Positions 1-14,217 of a stretch of 64,000 nucleotides of DNA are shown one piece after another. Below the pieces are notes generated by a model. That model searched no databases, had not been told where the DNA came from, and saw only the letters and a list, made by a program, of their open reading frames with translations. Position numbers and translations under genes: made by a program. The DNA is from Eledone cirrhosa (lineage: Eukaryota): assembly GCA_964016885.1 (NCBI GenBank), contig OZ024751.1, forward strand, positions 31,310,001 through 31,374,000. The letters run 5' to 3'. The stretch's first letter is position 1. Every line of letters starts with the position of its first letter.

Positions 1-90
1 CAGACAGGTAAAACAAGCCAGCCAGACAAGATGGCCATCTCTGACAAGTGAACTGACAGACAAGATATTCTCATCCCTGACAGGATCAAC

Positions 91-191
91 TTGTTTTGTT
101 GTTGTTGTTGCTGTTGTTGTTGTTGCTGTGTTGTTGTTGTTGTTGCTGTTGTTGTTGTTGTTGTTGCTGTGTTGTTGTTGCTGTGTTGTTG
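91..191. repeat. (GTT)n/(GCT) microsatellite
   Basis: Direct inspection. Confidence 0.95.
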
Positions 192-312
192 TAAGGTTCA
201 CAAGAAGAATAACACCAGCTTTGATTTAAGAAACACCCAATGTCCTTTATTATACTCACATACATATCTATGTATATCTATATGTATATATATATGTATA
301 TATATGTATATG

Positions 313-345
<33 letters not shown>

Positions 346-349
<4 letters not shown>

Positions 350-401
350 CTAGCGTGGAAGATGGACGTTAAACGAAGATGATGATGATGATGATGATGA
401 T
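346..401 (+). mobile_element. Isolated 3' tail of the RTE-LINE/SINE family
   Basis: tgctagcgtggaagatggacgttaaacg followed by (GAT)n; the same tail ends the RTE copy at ~12800-12840. Confidence 0.8.
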
Positions 402-437
402 ATATTTATATATATATATTATCCTTATCGAGCCCTC

Positions 438-467
<30 letters not shown>

Positions 468-470
<3 letters not shown>

Positions 471-620
471 CGAAGGAAATGTGGTAAGGAACCAGGTGGA
501 CCATAACGCACCAAAGTACTCAATACTTGAGGTAGTAGAGTGGGTAATAGGAACCAGTATTGTCCAGAATTAGCCGTCGAAACGGCTTGAGCTCAGCTGT
601 CGGGGTCTTACTGGTTCCTA
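468..620. mobile_element. Short (TA)n-flanked fold-back element, family B (hammerhead-like 3' half)
   Basis: 468-560 is the reverse complement of ~33745-33832; 562-620 matches 33694-33752 in direct orientation; contains GAAA-cggc-ttgagctca-gctg-UC. Confidence 0.65.
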
Positions 621-697
621 TATATATATATATATATGAATGGCTTCTACAGGACTAGATGATTTCTCCCGAACTTATTTTGATTGAACCCGGGATA

Positions 698-742
<45 letters not shown>

Positions 743-749
743 TTTATAA

Positions 750-915
750 ATTTAATTTATAATAAATTGGAGTGAAAGCAACTGGTGCGTGTGTTTCTTA
801 TTGGCAACATGACCCTCCCAAAGTATAACAATATCGGTTTCAACACATGTTTTCAGATAAAGAATCTTGCTAAACAAATTCAGAAACGAAATATATATTA
901 TTAACTCGGAATAAC

Positions 916-916
<1 letters not shown>
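750..916 (-). mobile_element. (TA)n-flanked dispersed repeat with degenerate hammerhead-like motif
   Basis: Reverse complement matches 3528-3628; minus strand reads ctgaaaacatgtgttgaaaccgatattgtta. Confidence 0.55.
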
Positions 917-967
<51 letters not shown>

Positions 968-1343
968 GTTATTCCGGGTTGAATCGGAGGTAACCACTGT
1001 AAGTAAGGTACTCAATACATTGCAGAGTATAAAAGTTTTAATATAGATGAGATTCTACAGGACTAGAACTGTTTCATTCTTTAGAAATCATCAGGAATCT
1101 GGGTATCAAAAAATAAATATGGTATTTATAGGTCTCTTCAGGTGATAGGAGAGGGTAGGGAGTGGGATGGGTGGAGGTCATTGGTTGATAGAAAAGGGAA
1201 TTCATTAAAAGCTAATTCTTCAAAGCTATAGTTTATTTTTAGAGTAACAAAGGCAGAAAGAATTCTATAAATACCATACTTATTTTTTGATACCCAGATT
1301 CCTGATGATTTCTAAAGAATGAAACAGTTCTAGTCCTGTAGAA

Positions 1344-1349
<6 letters not shown>
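968..1349. mobile_element. Fold-back element family A (Penelope-terminus/retrozyme-like)
   Basis: Inverted arms ~1047-1131 and ~1265-1349, flanked by (TA)n; related pieces at 640-700, 57917-58005 and 63639-63738. Confidence 0.8.
1296..1346 (+). ncRNA. Type I hammerhead ribozyme (identical antisense copy at 1050-1100)
   Basis: Stem I agattc/gaatct; CUGAUGA 1302-1308; stem II ttc-taaa-gaa closed by U.U; GAAA 1321-1324; stem III cag/ctg; GUA, predicted cut after 1340. Confidence 0.8.
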
Positions 1350-1399
<50 letters not shown>

Positions 1400-1767
1400 T
1401 ATATATATATACCATATATGTGTGTGTGAGTGTATATATATGTATATGTTTGAGTTCTGCTTCATCTTCCTCCCCTTATATCATTCTCATAACATCGAAA
1501 CTGACACCAAAGCAGCTATTTCAAACATCTTTACACTCCAATAAAGAAACATAAAGAGATAGGTCTTTATCAAATGACATAATGTATTGAGATTGATATT
1601 GTTGTAGTTGTTGTTGGAGGTGGTGGTGATGCTGTTATTGTTGTTGTTGATGATATTGTTGGTGTTGTTGTTGCTATGTAGATAAATCATTTTAATAATG
1701 TTACATTTTATAGGCAGTTCAAGATTTCACATTTGAATGCTTATGTGTGTATGTATATATATAAGTA

Positions 1768-1826
<59 letters not shown>

Positions 1827-1847
1827 TCATCATCATCATCATCATTT

Positions 1848-1878
<31 letters not shown>

Positions 1879-1984
1879 ATATGTATATATATTGGTAAAC
1901 TATTTTTCACTGTGAACAATTTGTCAGCATTTTCTATTCCGTTTACCAATATATAATAACTTGTGTGTTACACCTCTATTCTTT

Positions 1985-2035
<51 letters not shown>

Positions 2036-2094
2036 TCTTAGGTGTTATGGAATCATATATATATATGATTGCATAACATCTAAGAGCATATATA

Positions 2095-2182
2095 TGACCG
2101 GACCCACTGGAGGGAGTGTTTGAGGGCTCTGCCCCCACGACTCTCTCAGGAATAAGTGGGCTAAGAAGAAGAAGAAGAAGAA
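2095..2182 (+). mobile_element. 3' end of an RTE-type LINE with (GAA)n tail
   Basis: Encodes DRTHWRECLRALPPRLSQE*; similar to the reverse complement of ~28500-28580. Confidence 0.65.
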
Positions 2183-2558
2183 TGTTTCTACTTTTGGCAC
2201 AACTCTAGCAATTACCCCAGTACATTACTGGAACTTTATTTTATCGACTCCGTAAGGATGAAAGACAGTGTTAACCTCGGCAGGATTTGAACTCATAAAG
2301 GGCCGTAACTCTATGCTGCAAAGCATGTCTGACCCTCTACCGATTCTGCCAATCCACCACCTAATAATTGTTTCTACTTTTTGGCACAAAGCCAGCAATT
2401 ACCCCAGTACATTACTGGTTCTTTATTTTATCGACCCCGTAAGGATGAAAGGCAAAGTTAATCTCGGCGGGATTCGAACTTAGAATGGCAAGGGCCGTAA
2501 CTCTATGCGTCAAAGCATGGCGTCCGACCCTTTACCGATACTGTCAATCCACCACCCA
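2183..2558 (-). mobile_element. Two tandem copies of a tRNA-headed SINE with Nin/Deu-like core
   Basis: Minus strand has a B-box (gagttcaaatcc / agttcgaatcc) and ctttgcctttcatccttacggggtcgataaaataaag; many other copies in the window. Confidence 0.85.
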
Positions 2559-3086
2559 ATAATAATAATAATGTTTTCAATGATAATCAATGAATGATAT
2601 TTATGTTAGAGAGGTCAAGAAGTGCAACTTTTAATATATTCCTTACACAAACATTGAGGTTGAGGAATTTAAAACAATCATTTTTTGTTTTCATTATTTT
2701 TTAGTAAAGTTTCTTTTATTGTTGCAGTTGTTGTTGCTGTAGTTATTCATCAAAGTGTCAGGTGTATAAACGACCTTCTCTTCACTACACTCTCTTACAC
2801 TAATACTAATATACTTAGTTGCATTATTTACTATTGTAAATACAGACTATTGTTAAGGAGTACTTTTTATTAGGGCAGCTTGTAATTAGGAGGGGAATAT
2901 GAGAGGTGGTGGGAGAGGGGTAGTAAGAGACAGAGAGTGAGAGGGAATTAGAGAGAGAGAGACAGAAAGAGAGGGAAAGAAATAGTAAACGAGAGATTTT
3001 CTCAGGAATATTTTAAGATTTTTAAAACAACAGTTCTGTTTCTTTGATTTGTTTTTATCCTGGGAAATTTTAACTTTGTGCGTGTA

Positions 3087-3189
<103 letters not shown>

Positions 3190-3271
3190 AGATCATCATC
3201 ATCACTTAACATACATATACTTACTCACAATACCTTTCTGCCTCTTTCTCTGCATTCCACAGACACCTTTA

Positions 3272-3313
<42 letters not shown>

Positions 3314-3392
3314 TATATATAGTATATATATATATTGTAGGAGAACAGGTGACATATCATGTTGTGGGTAGCCTTGAAGAGGATGAGTTACA

Positions 3393-3439
<47 letters not shown>

Positions 3440-3632
3440 CTGTATATATATATATATATACAGATTGTATAAAAAAGAATCATCTGATTTATATATATAT
3501 TGGAAATTCTTTTTGATAAAACCCTGTATATATATTTCGTTTCTGAATTTGTTTAGCAAGATTCTTTATCTGAAATCGTGTGTTGAAACCGATATTGTTA
3601 TACTTTGGGAGGGTCATGTTGCCAATAATATA

Positions 3633-3665
<33 letters not shown>

Positions 3666-3670
<5 letters not shown>

Positions 3671-3878
3671 TGTAGTAAAAGTTTGGTAGAAATATCCAAG
3701 AGTAAGAGCACTCAGTGCATAGGATGAGTTTAGTATAAATAATTACAACAGTGACATAAACATGTACTTTAAGTTTCGTTGGGTTCTGGATCCCAATTTA
3801 TTCAGCCTGTCATAATAAAAATAAAAATCCTTTAATTTTATGTTTGAGGCAAGTTGGGTCAGGTGATCATGTCTTGAT

Positions 3879-3880
<2 letters not shown>
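3666..3880 (-). mobile_element. Short element with degenerate type I hammerhead (3759-3811)
   Basis: Minus strand: gacagg-CUGAAUA-aa-ttggg/cccaa-c-GAAA-cttaaag-UA-catgtt; G8 lost; downstream aactca...tgagtgc hairpin. Confidence 0.55.
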
Positions 3881-3924
<44 letters not shown>

Positions 3925-4194
3925 CAATATATTACCTTAACATAGGTGATTGGTAATCTCTAATTTGTCCAATCAATACAGTTTTATTGATTCCTGTCCT
4001 CATTCTAATGTATTGTTGTTTATATTTAACAGTAAGTTTGATAATTTCTGCAATAACAACAACAAAAAATTAACATTTAAAAAATAATTTCATATAAAAA
4101 AAACATAAACTGTAAACAAATATGGAAAGAAGGACAACAACAACAACAACAACAATGATGAAAACAACAGCAACAACAGCAAGAACAATTGTTG

Positions 4195-4338
4195 TTAAAG
4201 ACATGTCCAGACGGACAGAACCCACCCAAGACCTTAATGGTCAACCCATGGCTGTTATAGAAGAAACTGGCCCAAGGTACTGTACTGTGGGACTGAACAC
4301 ATGACCAAACTTCTTAACCACACGGCCACATCTGCACC
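4195..4338 (-). mobile_element. 5' part of a tRNA-derived SINE
   Basis: Minus strand: ggtgcagatgtggccgtgtggttaagaag (A-box) ... gttcagtccc (B-box-like) ... ccttgggccagtttcttcta. Confidence 0.7.
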
Positions 4339-6238
4339 ACACAGCCATGACTACACCAATATGTACCCTAACCACACAGCCATGACTACACCAATATGTA
4401 CCCTAACCACACAGCCATGACTACACCAATATGTACCCTAACCACACAGCCATGACTACACCAATATGTACCCTAACCACACAGCCATGACTACACCAAT
4501 ATGTACCCTAACCACACAGCCATGACTACACCAATATGTACCCTAACCACATGGCCATGACTACACCAATATGTACCCTAACCACACAGCCATGACTACA
4601 CCAATATGTACCCTAACCACACAGCCATGACTACACCAATATGTACCCTAACCACACAGCCATGACTACACCAATATGTACCCTAACCACACAGCCATGA
4701 CTACACCAATATGTACCCTAACCACACAGCCATGACTACACCAATATGTACCCTAACCACACAGCCATGACTACACCAATATGTACCCTAACCACACAGC
4801 CATGACTACACCAATATGTACCCTAACCACACAGCCATGACTACACCAATATGTACCCTAACCACATGGCCATGACTACACCAATATGTACCCTAACCAC
4901 ACAGCCATGACTACACCAATATGTACCCTAACCACACAGCCATGACTACACCAATATGTACCCTAACCACACAGCCATGACTACACCAATATGTACCCTA
5001 ACCACACAGCCATGACTACACCAATATGTACCCTAACCACACAGCCATGACTACACCAATATGTACCCTAACCACATGGCCATGACTACACCAATATGTA
5101 CCCTAACCACACAGCCATGACTACACCAATATGTACCCTAACCACACAGCCATGACTACACCAATATGTACCCTAACCACATGGCCATGACTACACCAAT
5201 ATGTACCCTAACCACACAGCCATGACTACACCAATATGTACCCTAACCACATGGCCATGACTACACCAATATGTACCCTAACCACACAGCCATGACTACA
5301 CCAATATGTACCCTAACCACACAGCCATGACTACACCAATATGTACCCTAACCACACAGCCATGACTACACCAATATGTACCCTAACCACACAGCCATGA
5401 CTACACCAATATGTACCCTAACCACACAGCCATGACTACACCAATATGTACCCTAACCACACAGCCATGACTACACCAATATGTACCCTAACCACACAGC
5501 CATGACTACACCAATATGTACCCTAACCACACAGCCATGACTACACCAATATGTACCCTAACCACACAGCCATGACTACACCAATATGTACCCTAACCAC
5601 ACAGCCATGACTACACCAATATGTACCCTAACCACACAGCCATGACTACACCAATATGTACCCTAACCACACAGCCATGACTACACCAATATGTACCCTA
5701 ACCACACAGCCATGACTACACCAATATGTACCCTAACCACACAGCCATGACTACACCAATATGTACCCTAACCACACAGCCATGACTACACCAATATGTA
5801 CCCTAACCACACAGCCATGACTACACCAATATGTACCCTAACCACACAGCCATGACTACACCAATATGTACCCTAACCACACAGCCATGACTACACCAAT
5901 ATGTACCCTAACCACACAGCCATGACTACACCAATATGTACCCTAACCACACAGCCATGACTACACCAATATGTACCCTAACCACACAGCCATGACTACA
6001 CCAATATGTACCCTAACCACACAGCCATGACTACACCAATATGTACCCTAACCACACAGCCATGACTACACCAATATGTACCCTAACCACACAGCCATGA
6101 CTACACCAATATGTACCCTAACCACACAGCCATGACTACACCAATATGTACCCTAACCACACAGCCATGACTACACCAATATGTACCCTAACCACACAGC
6201 CATGACTACACCAATATGTACCCTAACCACACAGCCAT
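4336..6238. repeat. 35-bp minisatellite, ~54 near-identical copies
   Basis: Unit accacacagccatgactacaccaatatgtacccta; occasional catggcc variant. Confidence 0.98.
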
Positions 6239-6334
6239 TCCTGCTCCAACACTCCAGCAGGCTTATCTGCACCAATATACACTGCCAAGTTTAACTCACT
6301 CTCTTCACAGACACACATCCCCATGACATGATGC

Positions 6335-6640
6335 ATGTTCTTCCACAGTGCCCCGACAAAAAGCACCCAGTCCACTCTGTATAGTGGTTGTGGTGGTGAA
6401 ACAACAAAAAGCACCCAGTCTACCCAGAAAGGTGGCTGTGGTAGTGCCATGATAAAAAACACCCAATACACAGCGTAATGTGAGTGGCATTAGGAAGGGC
6501 ATCCAACCATAGAAAAGCCCAAAACAGATCCATCTGAGCAAGACATGGTAACATCGTTACTTCATAATGAGACAACTCATTTAACTCATGCAAACATGGA
6601 AAAAATAGATGTAAAATGGTGATCATGATTATGATGATAA
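6335..6640 (+). mobile_element. RTE-type 3' UTR/tail fragment
   Basis: aaaagcacccagtccac modules, ggcattaggaagggcatccaacc, catgcaaacatggaaaaaatagatgtaaaatg then (GAT)-like tail. Confidence 0.7.
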
Positions 6641-7104
6641 TGGTGGAGGGGGTGGGTGGGGGTGATGGTGATGGTGGTTATGATGATGATGAAAATGAGT
6701 ATAGTCATGGTGATGGTGGTGATGATGATGATGCTGGTTATGATGATGATGAAAATGATTATTATGATGATGATGATGATGATGGTAATGGTGGTTATGA
6801 TGATGATGACAATGATGTTGGTTATATATATTCCTAGGCTGAATTTCCAAACCCAAACCTGTATTTCTAGCAAAAAGTCTTCAAATATCTTCAACACTTA
6901 ATTATTCCAATTAGCTTAATTAATTGACTAAGTGAAAGTCGTCATCTTTGATGTTACAGCCCAATAGAAGAATTAAGATATTTATAGCTAGAATATATCA
7001 AAATGGTTAGAGTCACTTCCTGTTTTTAAATCTGAAAAATTAGGGTAAAATTAAGAAATTTTAAAAGAAAGGCTTCAGTTTGTTTCTCTTTTATCTATTT
7101 CCTG

Positions 7105-7865
7105 TCCTCTTCCTCCTCCTCTACCTCCTCCTTCTCCTCCACCTCCTTTTTCTCCTCCTCATAATCATCATCATCTTCATCATCATCATCATCATCATCG
7201 TTATCATCAGATTTATCACCAATATCACTGCCATCACCGTAATCATCATCATCACCACCACCACCACCACCACCACCACCACTACCACCACCATCAGCAC
7301 TACCATTATCATCACCATCATCAACACCACTATCACTTCCACCACCACCACCACCACCACCACCATTATCATCACCATCATCACCACCACCATCATCACC
7401 ACCATTATCATCACCACCACCACCACCACCACCACTACCACCACCATCAGCACTACCATTATCATCACCATCATCAACACCACTATCACTTCCACCACCA
7501 CCACCACCACCACCACCACCATCATCAACACCACTATCACTTCCACCACCACCACCACCACCACCACCACCACCACCACCATCATCACCACTATCACTTC
7601 CACCACCACCACCACCACCACCATCACCACCATTATCATCACCATCATCACCACCACCATCACCACCACCATTATCATCACCATCATCACCACCATTATC
7701 ATCACCATCATCACCACCACCATCACCACCACCATTATCATCATCATCATCACCACCATTATCATCACCATCAACATCACCATCATCAGCATCGCAACCA
7801 TCACCACCACCATCACCACCATCCCCACCATCGCAACCTGCCACCACCACTACCACCACCACCGT
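7105..7865. repeat. (CAC/CAT)n compound trinucleotide repeat
   Basis: Direct inspection. Confidence 0.95.
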
Positions 7866-8251
7866 TGTATGAAATAAACAAGTTCTGACCAGATATAGCG
7901 GTAGCCATAGTAACAGTGTGGCAATACTATAATTACAAAAAAGAAAAAAAATGAAAAGAGTAAAAAGAAAAATAACTAAATTATATGTATTTATAAGTTG
8001 TTGTTACCATCATCATCATCATCAATACCACCAACACCATCATCATCATCATCATCAATACCACCAACACCACCACCATCATCATCATCAATACCACCAA
8101 CACCACCTCCATCATCGACACCACCACCATTACCATCATCATAATCATCAACATTACCATCATCATCACTATCATCAACACCACCACCATCTGCCCCGTC
8201 ATCATCAACATCATCATAATCCTAATTATCAACATCACCATCATTACTATC

Positions 8252-10420
8252 ACCATGTAGCTATGTAACCATGTAGCTATACAACTATATAACCATGTAG
8301 CTACAGAACTATATAACCATGTAGCTATACAACTATATAACCCTGTAGCTACAGAACTATATAACCATGTAGCTATGTAACCATGTAGCTATGTAGCTAC
8401 AGAACTATATAACCATGTAGCTATGTAACCATGTAGCTATGTAACCATGTAGTTTTACAACTATATAACCCTGTAGCTACAGAACTATATAACCATGTAG
8501 CTATGTAACCATGTAGCTATACAACTATATAACCCTGTAGCTACAGAACTATATAACCATGTAGCTATGTAACCATGTAGCTATACAACTATATAACCCT
8601 GTAGCTACAGAACTATATAACCATGTAGCTATGTAACCATGTAGCTATACAACTATATAACCCTGTAGCTACAGAACTATATAACCATGTAGCTATGTAA
8701 CTATGTAGCTATACAACTATATAACCCTGTAGCTACAGAACTATATAACCATGTAGCTATGTAACCATGTAGCTATGTAGCTACAGAACTATATAACCAT
8801 GTAGCTATGTAACCATGTAGCTATGTAACCATGTAGTTTTACAACTATATAACCCTGTAGCTACAGAACTATATAACCATGTAGCTATGTAACCATGTAG
8901 CTATACAACTATATAACCCTGTAGCTACAGAACTATATAACCATGTAGCTATGTAACCATGTAGCTATACAACTATATAACCCTGTAGCTACAGAACTAT
9001 ATAACCATGTAGCTATGTAACTATGTAGCCATCTAGTTATATAATTATATAACCAAAGATTTTAGGCACTACCATTGTTACTGTCGCACTATTTCTTGCC
9101 ATGGGACTTGGAGACTAGAGCCGAATGCTACCATTTTATTGTACAGTGATTGGAGATGGAATTTTTCTAATAACCAACCTTTCACTAACTTATTAATTTG
9201 TGTTTAAGATACATTGGCTGAGTGCTTATGGCAGGAGCGGAACTATTTGAATTTCGTCTCCTGCCGTCACGTAAATTTCTGAATCAGTAGCCAATCGTTG
9301 GCGGCATTGTGATGGCGCGTAGGGATTTCAGTTGCTAATGTTTTACTGTGTTGGCCGTCACATATAGTCACAGCCGACACAGACTGGAATCGAATTCTGT
9401 CGATCGATTGGTTATTGATTAGGCGAAACCTGCTGATGAAGCCACATACGCCGATTGTGCATTGTTGCATAATAAATGCAGACAGTGGATGCTGTGCACT
9501 CTATTACTGCATTAAACTCGAGTATGGGTAAAGATTGAAGGTAGCCATTTACGTGCGTTGTATTGAAACGAATAACTATGTGTATACTCTGTGAGTTTAC
9601 TTAACATTACCTATTGAGTACGCTGAGATGCAACAGGTCCTAGCAGTGAAACCCATGCTAGTTCCGTCAACTTATTAACCAAGTAGCTATATAACCATAA
9701 CCATGTAGCTATGAAGCTATATATCTATGTAGCTATTTAACTATATAACCATGTATCTATGTAACTATATAACCATGTAGCTATGTAGCTATATATCCAT
9801 ATATCTATGTAGCTATATAACCATGTAGCTATATAACTGTATAACCATGTAGCTATGTAGTTATGAAACAATGTAGCCATGTAACTATATAACCATGTAT
9901 CTATGTAACTATATAACCATGTAGCTACGTAGCTATATCTCCATGTAGCTATGTAACTATATAACCATGTAACTATATAGCCATGTAGCTATGAAGCTAT
10001 ATATCCATGTAGCTATATAACTATATAATCATGTAGCTATGAAGCTATATGTCCATGTAGCTATATAACTATATAATCATGTAGCTTTGAAACTATATAA
10101 CCATGTATCTATTTAACTGTATAGCTATCTAGCTATGAAGCTATATAGCCATGTAGCCATATAACTATATCACCATGTAGTTTTGTAACTATATAACCAT
10201 GTAGCTATATAGCTATGTAGCTATATAACCATGTAGCTATATAACTATATAACCATGTAGCTATATAACTATATAACCATGTAGCTTTATAACTATATAA
10301 CCATGTAGCTTTATAACTATATAACCATGTAGCTATGTAGCTATATAAGTATGAAACCATGTAGCTATGTAGCTATATAACCATGTAGCTGTGTAGCTAT
10401 GTAACTATGTAGCTATATAG
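8252..10420. repeat. Degenerate aaccatgtagctat(gt/at) satellite, interrupted at ~9058-9676
   Basis: Same motif on both sides of a unique insert. Confidence 0.9.
9058..9676 (+). mobile_element. CpG-rich structured insertion of unknown family
   Basis: Bounded by taaccaa on both sides; several hairpins; ctgatgaagcc at ~9434; tattgagtac motif near the 3' end. Confidence 0.5.
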
Positions 10421-10997
10421 TCACATGGTTATATATGACAAAACACAGAACTACAATAACAAATTATATAAAAAGACATATAGAAGAAAAAAAAATCATG
10501 TTTTTGTCAATACATGCGTGCGTGTGTGTGTGTGTGTCTTTGTCTGTGTGTGTTTGTATATGTGTGTATATCAGTATGTATGTGTGTATGTGTATATCTG
10601 TGTATGTGTGTGTCTGTGCTTGTATGCGTCTCTCTGTGTGTCTGAGTATGTATGTGTTTCTCTGTGTCTGTATATGTGTGTGTGTTTCTCTGTATGTGTG
10701 TTTCTCTGTGTGTCTGTGTGTGTATGTGTTTCTCTGTGTCTCTGTATATGTATGTGTCTGTATATATATGTGTGTGTATCTGTGTGTATATCTGTCTGTG
10801 TATATATCTATGTTATGCATATATGTGTTGTGTGTATATATATATATATATATGCGGTATGTTGTGTATATATTTCTATGTGTGTGTGTGTGAGTGTGTG
10901 AGTGTGTGTGTGTGTGTGTGAGTGTGTGAGTGTGTGTGAGTGTGTGTGTGCGAATGTTTGTATGAGTGTGTGTGTGTGTGAATGTTTGTATGAGTGT

Positions 10998-11051
<54 letters not shown>

Positions 11052-11419
11052 ATTATATACTACAATATATGAAAGATATAAGAAATTACGCCAGTCTTAT
11101 ATCCAAGTTGTTCACCATAACACCAGGTCTCTTTTGATCATGTATAACAGCAACTATCACCAACTTATCTACACATTTCAACAACGTACACTGTGTGTGT
11201 GTGTGTATATATATATGTGTGTGTGTCTGTGTGTGTGTGTGTCACCTTTCAATAATCTACACTGTGTATATATATATATATACATACACACACATACATA
11301 TGACATTTTTCAACAATCTACACACTCTCTCTCTGCTTGTATATATATATATATATATATATATGCAAAAGTTCTATTTAAATTGTTGGGATACAACAAG
11401 CAAATATTTTTATAACTGA

Positions 11420-12170
<751 letters not shown>

Positions 12171-12173
12171 TAT

Positions 12174-12211
<38 letters not shown>

Positions 12212-12215
<4 letters not shown>

Positions 12216-12840
12216 AAAAAATTAGAGATAAGAGGGATCAGATGTTGTTTACTCGAGAGAAGGCTGCGTTGGTATGGACACGTGATGCGCATGAAAGTCG
12301 ATAGCTGTATTACAAAGTGCAGGGCAATAAAGATAGACGGTAGCCACGGAATAGGCAGACCTAGAAAAACATGGGATGAGCTGATAAACTCCGACCTCAC
12401 ACACTTACACCTCTCCAAGACAATGTCACTGGACCGTGACCTTTGGCGGTACTCAGTAACAGAGAAGACCCGCCTTGCCAGTAGGCATCTCTAACAAAAT
12501 ACACCCCTCCCGCCGCCACCCCCACCCCATCCACACCACCCCGTTCTATGTAAAGTTATGTTGGTGCCGCGCCATCCAGGCCGAAACAAATGAGATCGTG
12601 TAGGTGTCACGACAAAAAAACACACAGTCCACGCTGTAATGTGGCCGTGTAGGCAACACGGTAAAAACCTCCCAGACCCACACTGTAAATGTGGTTGGTG
12701 TTAGGAAGGGCATCCAACTGTAGAAAACCTGCCAGACAGTCCTATGCGAGCAAGACAATCACTCTTGCCTCAAGTGGGACTACCCCCGTCCAAACCCATG
12801 CAAGCGTGGAACACGGACGTTAAACGTTGATGATGATGAT
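12212..12840 (+). mobile_element. 5'-truncated RTE-type LINE (ORF C-terminus plus 3' UTR)
   Basis: RRLRWYGHVMRMK...GRPRKTWDE...DRDLWR; (GAT)n tail; near-identical to 24157-24830 reversed. Confidence 0.92.
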
Positions 12841-13005
12841 ATATATATAGTTATATCTGTAAAAATATCTGTGTATATATATATACAACATTCTTCATAA
12901 TCTGTGTATGTGTATGTGTATGTGTATGTATGTATACATACACATACAGACACACACACACATATATATATATATGTCACCTCCACTCTGTCAACAATCT
13001 CCATA

Positions 13006-13045
<40 letters not shown>

Positions 13046-13070
13046 GTATATATCTATATACATAAATATT

Positions 13071-13171
<101 letters not shown>

Positions 13172-13583
13172 CTATATATCTATATATATATATATATTTA
13201 TGTATGTATGTGTCACCTTTGACCTTGTTTTGGTAACTTTCAACAATTTCCTGTTACATCTTACAAGTTAAATTACTTCTTACCTACCTGGCTTCATATC
13301 AACTTTACTGTTAATGTATTATATATACACTATATTGTGTGTGTATACACTGTATGTATTGTGTATATAATATATATAAACTATATTGTGTGTGTGTGTA
13401 TATATATATAAATATACACTGTATTTATTGTGTATATAATAAATATACACTATTGTGTATATATTATTATATACAAAGTATTGTGTATATAGTATATATA
13501 CACTGTTCTTAGTATACATATAATATATACATTGATGTTGACAGCGTGTATGTGTGTATATGTGTATGTCTCTGTGCATGGGA

Positions 13584-13622
<39 letters not shown>

Positions 13623-14114
13623 TGTGTGTGCATGTTTGTGTGCGTGCGTGTGTGTGTGTATATGTATGCATGTATATGTGTATGCGTGTGAATGTGCATG
13701 TGTATGCATGTGAATGTGCATGTATGTGTGTGTATGTGTGAATGTGTATGTATGTGTGAGTGTGTATTTACATGTGTGTGTATGTGTATGTTGACAGACA
13801 GGGAAAAGAAAGAGAAAAGCTTCCTCTTTGGGTTTGTCTTAATCTAACTTTAATATTGAAATGTAGTGCTCCAGGGGTTTGTTGGCTATAGTAGCGAGGG
13901 GGGGTCAGATGTGAGGGGGGTTAAGCTGGGGATGGGGACAGATTAAGAGGGGGGGTGAAGCTGTGGAGGGGACAAATGGGGAAGTCAGGGTATCAGAGGG
14001 GGAGAAAGAGGTAAGCTGGGGTGGGATGGGATAACAGATCATATATAAAACAGCAAACCTTTTCAAAATCTGGGAAATATATCACATTCTTGGCTACTTA
14101 AATCTTAAAGATTG

Positions 14115-14162
<48 letters not shown>

Positions 14163-14217
14163 TGTGTGCACAAGTGCATGTGTATATATATATACATATA
14201 TATATACATATATATAT

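Noticed and set aside
1891-1950. Hammerhead-like ctgacaa...gaaa on the minus strand within a short inverted repeat
   Set aside because: G8 is missing and stems I and III cannot be paired convincingly.
4336-6238. CRISPR-like regular array
   Set aside because: Head-to-tail identical units with no unique spacers, no cas genes, eukaryotic context; the same applies to 50282-50730, 54596-55270 and 55676-56957.
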